Assembly: GCA_040218735.1 (NCBI GenBank)
Contig: JAVJQW010000021.1
Location: forward strand, 1-27,628
Reading direction: 5' to 3'
Length of the DNA stretch: 27,628 bases
Origin: Deltaproteobacteria bacterium
Lineage (GTDB): Bacteria; Myxococcota; Kuafuiibacteriia; Kuafuiibacteriales; Kuafuiibacteriaceae
Shown: piece by piece, positions 15,634 to 24,300 of the stretch
How positions within the stretch are numbered: position 1 is the stretch's first letter
Layout: every line of letters begins with the position of its first letter
Notes under the pieces: model-generated
What the model was told of the DNA's origin: nothing
Databases searched by the model: none
Seen by the model: only the letters and a program-made list of their open reading frames with translations
Position numbers and translations under genes: made by a program

Positions 15634-17025
15634 CTAGAACTCGTACCGCACACACGCGTACTCGAAGTTGATGCGCGGGTAGTGATACACGAAGTTGAAG
15701 CACATCTCGTCCGCCGAGCCTTCACCCCATTCAACGTCCTGATTCTGCGTGTTGTACTCGCAGCGCGTCCGCAGGCGGTCGCCGGACTGGAGCTGCTGGT
15801 GCTCCGGGGCGATGTCGACGTTGGGCTGATCGTTGAAGTCCCACGCCTGGATGTCGACGAGGCTGATCCACTCCGTCGAGCCGCTGCGCTGCAGCTCCAG
15901 CGAGATCTTCGTCCCGGTTTGGTGCAGGTGCGGGAAGACCGAGAAAATCGTCATGTTCTGGCTGACGTTCCAGGTCTGCGTCTTCACCTCGGCCGGCCCG
16001 TTGATCGAGCCCTGCCAGATGTTGCCGCACCAGAGCATGCCGGCCTCTTCGAGGTTCGTGTCGTCCGTGAGGATGACGCGCGCGCCGCTGTTGTCGGTCT
16101 GGTTGCCGTCCGAGACGCTGTCGTAGTGGACCTGCAGGATGAGCTGCTCACCCTGCGCAATCGGCACGCCGGCGCCGCGCGGGATCTCGTCTGCGGTGCG
16201 GCCGGGCGCCCAGCCCGCGACCATGTTCCAGGACAGCTGCACCGACCCGCAGTCGAACGGCACACCCTCCGGCTCGAGCTGGCCCGTGTTCTTGAACAGC
16301 AGCGTGTGGTGCGTGTGCGCCGTGTTGTCGATCAGCGGCTCGAACCGGAACATGTACTCCTGCCCCGTCGCGTTGCCGGCCGGGACGGTCAGCGCCCAGC
16401 AGCGGTAGTTCGTCGTGCGCTGCGGCAGCTCGTAGGGGTCAGTGCTGTTGGGCTGCGTCGCGCGGATCTCCAGCACGCGAGAGACGGTGCGGGTGTCCGG
16501 TTCGCCACCGTCGCGTGGGACGTCGCCGCCGTCGCGCGTGTCGACGCCGCCGTCACGGTCCGGCGAAGGCGGCGTGCCCTCGGGCGCGCCGATCTCGGAC
16601 CACAGCGTGATGAGCGCGCGCTCCTCGTCGGTGAGCTGCGGCTGGCTGGGCGGCGGCATGCGCTGCTGCGAAGCGTTGATGCGCGCGGCCATGATCTCGT
16701 GCACCGGCGTCCCCGCGCTCGCGACCTGGGTGTGGTCGTAGTCGACGAACGGCCGGGGCGCTCCGAACTGCGGCGGCTCTGCGTGGCAGAGCTGGCACTT
16801 CTCGGCGACGATCGGCTGGACGTCCTGCCACCACGTCACCTCCGCGACGCCGCCGTCGCGCGGATCTTCGATCGTCTCGCCGGCGTCGCGCGGGTCCTCG
16901 ATCGTCGGGCCGCCGTCGCGCTCGACGGGCGGTTCGATCGTCGTCTCGGGCGTGGATTCGCAGGCTACGAGGGCCACGAAGGAGAGGCCGGCGATGAGCT
17001 TCGTCGCGGTGGGATGCACGGGCAC
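15634..17025 (-). CDS. lipoprotein fusing a c-type cytochrome domain (CxxCH) to a PHM/DBH-like copper type II monooxygenase domain
   Basis: Lipobox FVALVAC. WWQDVQPIVAEKCQLCHA is a Planctomycete-type cytochrome c motif with CxxCH. The C-terminal domain aligns to peptidylglycine alpha-hydroxylating monooxygenase with all six Cu ligands: AHTHHTLLF (HH), LILQVHYD (H), FPHLHQTG (HxH) and ADEMCFNFVYHY (Met in EMC). A GTG start is inferred; 17019 is an alternative. Confidence 0.7.
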   Translation of the reverse strand: MPVHPTATKLIAGLSFVALVACESTPETTIEPPVERDGGPTIEDPRDAGETIEDPRDGGVAEVTWWQDVQPIVAEKCQLCHAEPPQFGAPRPFVDYDHTQVASAGTPVHEIMAARINASQQRMPPPSQPQLTDEERALITLWSEIGAPEGTPPSPDRDGGVDTRDGGDVPRDGGEPDTRTVSRVLEIRATQPNSTDPYELPQRTTNYRCWALTVPAGNATGQEYMFRFEPLIDNTAHTHHTLLFKNTGQLEPEGVPFDCGSVQLSWNMVAGWAPGRTADEIPRGAGVPIAQGEQLILQVHYDSVSDGNQTDNSGARVILTDDTNLEEAGMLWCGNIWQGSINGPAEVKTQTWNVSQNMTIFSVFPHLHQTGTKISLELQRSGSTEWISLVDIQAWDFNDQPNVDIAPEHQQLQSGDRLRTRCEYNTQNQDVEWGEGSADEMCFNFVYHYPRINFEYACVRYEF

Positions 17026-17090
17026 GGATGTTAGACCGCCGGACTGCTCCCGACCTGTCGGAAAAATGACCGGCGAGGGTGAGTCCCTAC

Positions 17091-17885
17091 CTACCTGCGG
17101 ATGAGCTCCCCGACCACGTACGACGCCATCAGCTCGTTCACGACCGGGATGCGCATCAGGACCGGCGCGAGGAGGTCTCGCGCGGGGAGGCTGGAGAAGG
17201 TCACGTGCTCGAAGCGCCCGACGTCGAAGTCGTGCCGCCCTACCAGTGTCTTGAACGGCGCGACGTTGAGCTGGTTGATGTAACCCTGCTCGGCGAACGA
17301 CGACCACGCGCGCCACTTGTTGGGCATCAGGTTACCGTCGTCGTCGTAGTTCCAGGGGCGGAGGACCTTCTCCTCTTCGTCGTAGAGGCGCTCGGCGGTG
17401 CGGAACAACGCCTTCTCGCCGAACACGAAGTGCGCCCAAGGTATGGGAATCATCGCCTCCATGTGCGGCGCCCACGGCGAACGGTACGGGCACCACTCCA
17501 GGAGGACTTTGCCGCCGGGACGCAGCACGCGGCGCCACTCGCGGACGATGACGTCCGGCTCCATGACGTGCTCGATGACGTCGAACGCGAGGAGCGTGTC
17601 GGCGCAGGCGTCGGGGAGGGGGATGCCGTCCGGCGAGCCCTGGACGAACGAGACCTCGGTCTCGCCGAAGTCCTGTGCCTCGGCCTGCCGCTGGCACTCG
17701 GCGGCGGAGGGGCCGTGCAGCTCGACGCCGACGATCGATCGCGGCTTCCGCTCGGCGAGGTAGAACGTGAGGTTCCCTTTGCCGCTCCCGAAGTCGATGA
17801 CGTCCTTGCCGGCGATGTCGTCGTCCGAGAAGTGCCGCCACGATCGCGCGAGCGCTTCGCCGCGCCAGGCGACGTACTTGTCCAT
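17091..17885 (-). CDS. class I SAM-dependent methyltransferase
   Basis: Motif I VIDFGSGKG, acidic residue ending beta2 (VGVEL), motif II LLAFDVIEHV, motif III LRPGGKVLL. The upstream part of the track ORF is a Ser/Thr/Arg-rich shadow of the VanZ gene. An alternative GTG start lies at 17963. Confidence 0.7.
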   Translation of the reverse strand: MDKYVAWRGEALARSWRHFSDDDIAGKDVIDFGSGKGNLTFYLAERKPRSIVGVELHGPSAAECQRQAEAQDFGETEVSFVQGSPDGIPLPDACADTLLAFDVIEHVMEPDVIVREWRRVLRPGGKVLLEWCPYRSPWAPHMEAMIPIPWAHFVFGEKALFRTAERLYDEEEKVLRPWNYDDDGNLMPNKWRAWSSFAEQGYINQLNVAPFKTLVGRHDFDVGRFEHVTFSSLPARDLLAPVLMRIPVVNELMASYVVGELIRR

Positions 17886-18030
17886 GTCCTGGACGTGGTC
17901 GCCCGCCGGCTTCACGAGTCGTCGACTCAGCTCGAACAGGACGCGCTCTCGTAGGCCCAGCACGGGACCGAGACGATGACATCTGGGCGGCGCGGCGCCA
18001 AGGGAGGTGAACCGCGGCGCGGATCTTGGG

Positions 18031-19263
18031 ATGCTCGGCGCCGTGACGCGGCGGTGGCTCGTGCTGTGGTGCGTCCTCGTCGCGCTCGGGACGCTGCACC
18101 CGTTCGTTCTGGATCCGCGCCCGGTCGTGGTGCCCTCCGACTCGTTCTTCGTGCCGCGCTTCAAGGGGCTCGATCCGCCGTTCAACGTGCTGATGTTCGT
18201 GCCGCTCGGGGCGCTGCTCTCGCGCCTCGGGTTGCGCACCGCGATGGCCGCGCTCGTCGGGTTGCTGGTGAGCGGTCTGATCGAGCTGTCGCAACACTTC
18301 ATCGCGTTTCGGGTGCCGGTCTTCGAAGACCTCGTCTTCAACACCGTCGGTGCGGCGTTGGGGGCGCGGGGGGTGCACGTCGTGGAGCGCGTCGGCCGCT
18401 TCGTGGAACGACACCTCCGCGTCCCAATCTTCGTGGTGACGACGGGGGTCGTCGTGTGGTCCGCCGCGCCGCCGCGCGTCGACGCGCGCCTGTGGTACTG
18501 GGCGGACTACGCCGAGCTGATCGTCGGGCGCGAGCAGCCCGGCAACTACGCCTACGCCGACGAGGTCCACGCCGCGCGACTGTACGCGGGGGCACACGCG
18601 CCCGATGCGCTCCCAGAAGCGATCTGGTCGTACGGCGTCGACGACGAAGGCCGCTTCCCCGCGATCACCGAACGCATCGAGGCGACGGGCGCGTTCACGA
18701 TCGACGTCGACTTCGACGCCGCACCCCGCGACGAGCTCCTCCGACGCATCTTCACGTACTCGGCCGGGGTGCAGCGCAGGAACTTCCTCTTCGGCGCGCG
18801 CGGGGACGAGCTCGTGTTCCGCGTGCGCACGCGCGTCACGCCGATCGTCGGGCTGTTCACCAACCTCGAAGAGCCGTTGACGCTCCCGCGTCCGCCCGGA
18901 CGTGCCCGCGTCACGATCGCTTACGACGTCGGCGTGGTTCGCGCGTGGGTCGACGGTGCGCCCGTCGCGACGAAACACTTCAAGCTCCCCGAGCACAACG
19001 GCGTGCGGACGTTCTGGCTGCCGCGCGACGCGCTCGGCGTGTGGCTGTTTTGGTTCTCGGCGGGGCTGGTCGTCGCAGCGGGGGCGGCGTTCCTGAGGCG
19101 ACGCTGGGCGATAGCGATCGCGCTCGGGATCGGCGTCGCGTTGGAGATCGCGCAGGTCGTGATGTTCGACCGCGCGCCCGATCTCACCGCCGTCGTTCCA
19201 CTCGTCGTCGGCGCGATGCTCGGCGCATGGTCAGCGCGAAGCCGAGCCACAGCAGACCCGTGA
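18031..19263 (+). CDS. VanZ-family membrane protein with a central beta-rich domain and two C-terminal TM helices
   Basis: The VanZ-like N-terminus has 4 helices (WLVLWCVLVALG, FNVLMFVPLGALL, LVSGLIELSQHF, LVFNTVGAALG). C-terminal TMs GVWLFWFSAGLVVAAGAAF and AVVPLVVGAMLGAW. Alternative GTG start at 18007. Confidence 0.6.
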   Translation: MLGAVTRRWLVLWCVLVALGTLHPFVLDPRPVVVPSDSFFVPRFKGLDPPFNVLMFVPLGALLSRLGLRTAMAALVGLLVSGLIELSQHFIAFRVPVFEDLVFNTVGAALGARGVHVVERVGRFVERHLRVPIFVVTTGVVVWSAAPPRVDARLWYWADYAELIVGREQPGNYAYADEVHAARLYAGAHAPDALPEAIWSYGVDDEGRFPAITERIEATGAFTIDVDFDAAPRDELLRRIFTYSAGVQRRNFLFGARGDELVFRVRTRVTPIVGLFTNLEEPLTLPRPPGRARVTIAYDVGVVRAWVDGAPVATKHFKLPEHNGVRTFWLPRDALGVWLFWFSAGLVVAAGAAFLRRRWAIAIALGIGVALEIAQVVMFDRAPDLTAVVPLVVGAMLGAWSARSRATADP

Positions 19264-21253
19264 TCCCCGACGGCGTGCGCGTCGTGTTCGTGCAGGCGCA
19301 ACCGTCCTCCGCCTCCGGGGGCGACGGCGTGAGGAGCGGTGGTCGTACGATACGCCCGCCGTCCGCGACGCCGCCGTCGGCGCTCGGGCCCGCGTCGCGT
19401 CCCACGCTCCCGTCGTCGGGTGGGGCGGCGTCACGGCTCTCACCGGAGTCCGGCACGCCGCCGTCACGCATCATCACCGGCGACAGCAAGAACAGCTCGC
19501 CGTAGCGCTCCGGCTCCTTGCCGGCGCCGATCCCCGCGGTCCACTCCGTCCACCCGACGCGCCCGGCGCCGTCGGCGTCGTTCACGAGGAACGAGAACCC
19601 GATCAGCTCGCCCGCGAACCACGACGCCTGCGGCAGCGTCGCGTGGGGGATCGCGATCTCGTAGCTCGTCGTCGTCCCCTGGCGCATCGACACCACGCTC
19701 ATCGTCGTCGGGCCCGTGCCCTGTTCGCGGAACACCCGCGTCGTCGAGCCGTCCGTCGAACGTGCGTAGGTGAGCTCGTGGTCGTCGGCGTCGTAGCCGG
19801 TCCCGCCGGTCTGCAGCGGATCGAACGCGAGCTGCACGCTGTCGCCCATCCACATCGTCTCGAGGGGGGCGTCGTTGTCGTGCACGTCGTCGGTGACTTC
19901 GATCCCGAAGTAGAGGTTCGTCGCATCCCACGCGGCGGCGATGCGCACGGCGTGGTCGTCCGTACCGAGCTCTTCGGTGCCACGCCACGACGTCGTCGGG
20001 ACGGGCATCCACCCCATGAGCTCGGAGGGGTCGCCGTCGATCGTCGGCGTCGCGACGGGGAGGCTGATGCGCATCCGCGGCGGGTCGTCGGACTCGTCGT
20101 CGTCCTCCGCGCCGGAGCACCCGCGGTCGTCGCCGTCGACGCGCCCGTCTCCGTCGTTGTCGACGCCGTCGCCGCACTCGGGAGGTGGCGTTGCGCTCAC
20201 CACCGCGGGGTTGTCGACGATGAACTGCTTCAGCGCGGCGAAGGCCGGCTTGAGTCGGAAGTCGCCAGGGAAGTTGCGTTGCCCCGCGACGCCGCCGGTC
20301 GGGCGCATCAAACCGAACCCATCGATCGTGCACGTGGGCTGGTCCACGCCGCAGTCCGTGACCTCGTAGAAGAACGTGTTCGTGACCCACGCGCGCTGCA
20401 GCTGTTCTTCGAGCGCGCGCCGCACGTAGATGGCTTGCAGCTGCTCCTCACCCGCGTCCCCGATCGGCGTCGCGCGGTAGCCGGTCTCGGTGATCCACAC
20501 GTCGCCCGTCCAGCCGGCGTCGTCGAGGAGCTGGCGGAGGTCACGTCGCGTGAACGTGAAGCGCTGGTCGTCGAGGACGTTGATGTAGCTGTCGCCTTCC
20601 CAGATGCGCCAGCCGGTCTCCTCGAAGTCCTGGTAGATGTGGTGCGTGATGATGTCCCACGCGCCGGGTGTGCGCGTGAGGACTTCTTCCAGCGCGTCGT
20701 CCGCGTCGCCGACGTTCGCGAGGTCCGGCCCGAGCACCACGCAGTCCGCGCACGCGGCGCGCAACGCGGCGGCGCCGGGGTTCACGATGATCGTCGCGTA
20801 CTCTTCGAGCGAGCCCTCCCAGAAACCTTGGAGGTTCGCTTCGTTCCACAGCCCGAAGTGTGTCACGCCGAGCGCCCGGTAGTGCGTGACCGCGTTGGTG
20901 ACGAAGTTGGTCCACTCCGTCGAAGCGTTCGGGACGTCGTTGCCGGCGTTGCCGTCCGAGTCGCCGTGGCGCGGCACCCAGCTCGGCGTGTACGCGAGCG
21001 TGAGGTAGACGTTCAGCCCGGACGCGACCGCGTCCGACACCGCGGCGTCGAGGAACGTCCACTGGTAGACGTTCGGCGCGGTCTCGAGCTGGAACCAGTT
21101 GGCGTCCATCCGCACCCACGTCACGCCGAGGTCCGCCGCAGCATCGATGAACGCGGGCGTCCCGTTGTGCACGTTGAGGCCGACGTCGTTGTCACCGGGC
21201 GCCGCGAGCGCCGAGGCGGGGAACAGGAGCAGGAGGAGGGCCGCGCGTCGCAC
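19184..21253 (-). CDS. secreted clan GH-A glycoside hydrolase (GH5/GH39-like TIM barrel) with CBM9-like domain and MYXO-CTERM-like sorting tail
   Basis: A GTG start gives signal VRRAALLLLLFPASALA. The catalytic-region motif is GLWNEANL. The C-terminal beta-sandwich resembles CBM9 (WDATNLYFGIEVTDDVHDND..DSVQLAFDP). The tail is DGCACTNTT..GITGLLWLGFALTMRRASRRRR: a Cys motif, a hydrophobic helix and an Arg-rich end. Confidence 0.7.
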   Translation of the reverse strand: MRRAALLLLLFPASALAAPGDNDVGLNVHNGTPAFIDAAADLGVTWVRMDANWFQLETAPNVYQWTFLDAAVSDAVASGLNVYLTLAYTPSWVPRHGDSDGNAGNDVPNASTEWTNFVTNAVTHYRALGVTHFGLWNEANLQGFWEGSLEEYATIIVNPGAAALRAACADCVVLGPDLANVGDADDALEEVLTRTPGAWDIITHHIYQDFEETGWRIWEGDSYINVLDDQRFTFTRRDLRQLLDDAGWTGDVWITETGYRATPIGDAGEEQLQAIYVRRALEEQLQRAWVTNTFFYEVTDCGVDQPTCTIDGFGLMRPTGGVAGQRNFPGDFRLKPAFAALKQFIVDNPAVVSATPPPECGDGVDNDGDGRVDGDDRGCSGAEDDDESDDPPRMRISLPVATPTIDGDPSELMGWMPVPTTSWRGTEELGTDDHAVRIAAAWDATNLYFGIEVTDDVHDNDAPLETMWMGDSVQLAFDPLQTGGTGYDADDHELTYARSTDGSTTRVFREQGTGPTTMSVVSMRQGTTTSYEIAIPHATLPQASWFAGELIGFSFLVNDADGAGRVGWTEWTAGIGAGKEPERYGELFLLSPVMMRDGGVPDSGESRDAAPPDDGSVGRDAGPSADGGVADGGRIVRPPLLTPSPPEAEDGCACTNTTRTPSGITGLLWLGFALTMRRASRRRRVERRR

Positions 21254-21303
21254 GCGTACCTCATGCCGTCCCTGCGCCGTTACGTCGACCGTCGATCGTC
21301 GGT

Positions 21304-24300
21304 TCAGTACCGCCAGCGAACCTCGAGGTAGTCCGCGGCGATCGCGCCGTCGCCCCCGGCGGCCGTCGTGAGGTTCGCACGACACCCGATCCGAGCGCGC
21401 CCGTCGCCGCCGATGATGGCTTGGGCGAACGTCGCGGCGTCGGCGATCGACGGCGCGAACTCGAGTGACGATGCCGACGGGCTCGCCGTCGTGTTTGTGC
21501 CGAGGTCGGTCGTCGTGGTGCCCGTGAGAACGTAGAGCGCGGCGCCGTCGCCCGTCACGCCGTACCCGGCGAAGCTCCCGCCGCAGGACGCACGCACCCT
21601 CACATCCTCGAGCGCGGCGACGCTGACGTTCGAAGGGAGCGCGGCGGACAGCTCGGTGCGCGGATCGACGGGGAGCGCGAGCTCCCAGGTGTCGTCGGCC
21701 ACGCCGTCCAATTGGCTGATGTCGAAGCCGCCGTGCACGATGAAGCGGCTCCGCGCGTCGTCGAAGACGAGGTTGCTCAAGTGGCGCGCCCGCGGGATGC
21801 GACCGACGGACGGCATTCGCAGGGACCAGTCCGCGCCGTCGTACGCCCAGACCTCCGTGTGGGTGATCCGCATGGCCATGTCGAACGTGGTCGATCCGCT
21901 GAACAGGACCAGCTCCCGACGCGCCGGGTCGTACGCCAGCTTTCCGCGCTGTGGTGGTGCGTTGGCCGTGACGACCTCCGTCCAGGTGGACCCGTCCCAC
22001 TCCCAGGTGTCGGTCCGTTGGTAGCCGCCGTACAGGACGACACGTTCGCGCACGGGGTCGTCGCCGAGCGCGGCGTACAGTCGCGACGGCGGGTTCGTGC
22101 CGACGGGCGTGACGTCGGTCCACGCCGCGCCGTCCCAGGTCCAAGTGTCGCCGTTTCGGTCGAAGAGGAGCGTGACGCCGCGCGCGGCGTCATACGCTGT
22201 TGCGAGGAACTGCGCCGGGGGCCTCGCGCCCGTCGCCGGCGTGATGTCGGTCCAGCTCGTCCCGTCCCACGCCCACGTCGCGACGAGGCTGCTCCCGGTC
22301 CGCGTTCCGAACGCCGCGACGTGCCCTCGCGCCGCGTCGTACGCCGCGTCCGCCACGAACGTCGCGGACGGCGGGCCCGACGCGACCTGGTTCCACGCGT
22401 TGCCGTCCCAGATCCAGGTCTCATCGACGTCGAGCGTCAGCGTCTCGAGCCGCGCGGCGTCGTACACCACGGGGCCGTCCACCTCGACGGGGCTGGTCTC
22501 GACCGGGGTCACGTCTGTCCACGCGACGCCGTCCCACGTCCACAGATCCGTATGTTCGAAGAACGAGTTCCCGCCGTACAGCACCACCCGGCCGATGCCG
22601 GCGTGGTACACCATCGCCGCGCTCTCGCGTGGTTCCGGGCGAGGACCGACCGGCGTCACCTCCGTCCACGAAGTCCCGTCCCACTCCCACACGTCGTCGA
22701 GGTAGTTCGGCGTCGCGTAGCCGCCGGCGAGCACGACGACGCCACGCCCGGCGTCGTAGGCCATCGCTTGCCCCGAGCGCGCGCTGGGACGTGGACCCGC
22801 CGGATTCTCGAGGCTCCACGTTCCGCCGCTCAGCGTCCACAGCTCGTCGGGGCCCTCTCCACCACCGAACACGACGAGCTCCTGCCGAGCGACGTCGAAC
22901 GCCATCGAGTGTCCCGCCGTTCGTGCGGGGGCACCCGTCGTCGGGACGACCGACCAGTTCGTGCCGTCCCAGCTGTAGAGGTTCCTGTCCGCCGGGACGC
23001 CGAAGTCGATGAAGCCGGCGAACAGGACCACGCGAGCGAGGACCGGATGGTAGGCCATCGCGTGGAATTCGCGTGCTTCCGGCGGCGTGGTCGGGGTGCC
23101 GAGGAGCCAGCGTGTGCCGTTCCACATCCAGGTGTCGTCGCGTGAGGGGAACGCGTCGCCACCGAACAGGACCGTCTCGCCGCGTTGCGCGTCGTACGCG
23201 ATCGACGTGAGCTGCCGGCCGTACGGGCGCGGCCCCACGGGGGTGCGATCGGACCACACCGAGCCGTCCCACTCCCAGACGGCCTCGTCGGTCCACACCA
23301 CGGTGTGAACCAGCCGGTCTCGCTGCGCGTCGTAGGTGAGCGTCGGGAAGGTGTCCGCGTGGGGGTTGTGGCGCTCGGCGACGCGGTACCACACGTCGTC
23401 GGGCGTGTGGACGAGGACCGACGTGTCGCGCGCCGCGACGCTCGAGGTCACGATCGGTGCGCCGATGTTCGACCCGTCGCCGAACGCAAACGTGTGCGGG
23501 CTCGCGGCGAGGTCCGCAGACGAAGCGACGTACCACGAACGTTCGATGCGAACCGGCTGGGACGGTACTTCACTCGCGCCGATCGCGACGACGTCGACGT
23601 AGGCGGCGTCGCTCGATGCGAGCGCGAGGTCCACGCGTGACCACGAACCGTCGGCGGCCGGGAGGATCCAACCCGACACCGGCGCGCCCTCTGCGAACAC
23701 ACGAATCGCCGCGGCCGGTCCGCTCGCGAGGGCGAACGTGTCCGGCGGGAGCGCGGCGACGTCCTCGAGCTCGTCCAACGGAGCGAGGGTGTAGCGCGCG
23801 GGCCCGGCCGGGATCGTGAAGCTGCCGAGATCCTCCGCGGTGAGGTTCACGTGCGGCGCGCGCACGTAGCTCACCTGATCCTGGTCGACGAGCAAGGTGG
23901 GCGCTGACGTCGCGATCTGAAACGCGGCCGTGGCGGTCACGGTGTTCCCCGCGCGATCCTCGAGGAGCTCGGCGACGGCGTACGTACCGTCGGCACCTCC
24001 GAACGCCGCGGTGATCTGCGCGGCGTAAGTCGCGCCGGTCGGCGAAGCGCTCCCGGTGATCTGCGTGAGGGTGAGGACGTCCGCGCCGTTCGTCGCGTCG
24101 ATCGTGGCCGGCAGCGCCTCCAGCGGTTCGTCGGCGTCGAGCGCGACGCTCACGGTGCTCCCGATCGTCGCCACGTCGAGCGTCGGCAGCACGACGCCGA
24201 CGTTCGGCGCTAGCGCCACCATCGTCGTGACCTCGGGCGACCGGGTGTCGAGGACGAGCTCGAGCTGCACCGGAGCAGAGGTCTGTCCGATGGCGTCCAC

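Noticed and set aside
17886-18344. An N-terminal extension of about 150 aa on the methyltransferase ORF.
   Set aside because: It is Ser/Thr/Arg/Pro-rich and is antisense to the VanZ coding region. The MTase fold begins about 30 aa before motif I, at the internal ATG (17885) or GTG (17963).
17332-18996. A 554-aa minus-strand ORF, and similarly long ORFs at 17976-19505 (+), 8779-10368 (-), 9009-10442 (+), 10370-11593 (+), 11766-12923 (-), 15682-17034 (+), 19643-21331 (+), 21712-23145 (+), 22421-23536 (-), 24897-26513 (-), 5773-6906 (-), 7281-8393 (-) and 6699-7595 (+).
   Set aside because: They are Arg/Pro/Gly/Ala-rich shadow frames of the real genes on the same or opposite strand. Stops are rare in off-frames at about 70% GC. 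They have no motifs and no signal peptides, and each overlaps a gene with clear family signatures.
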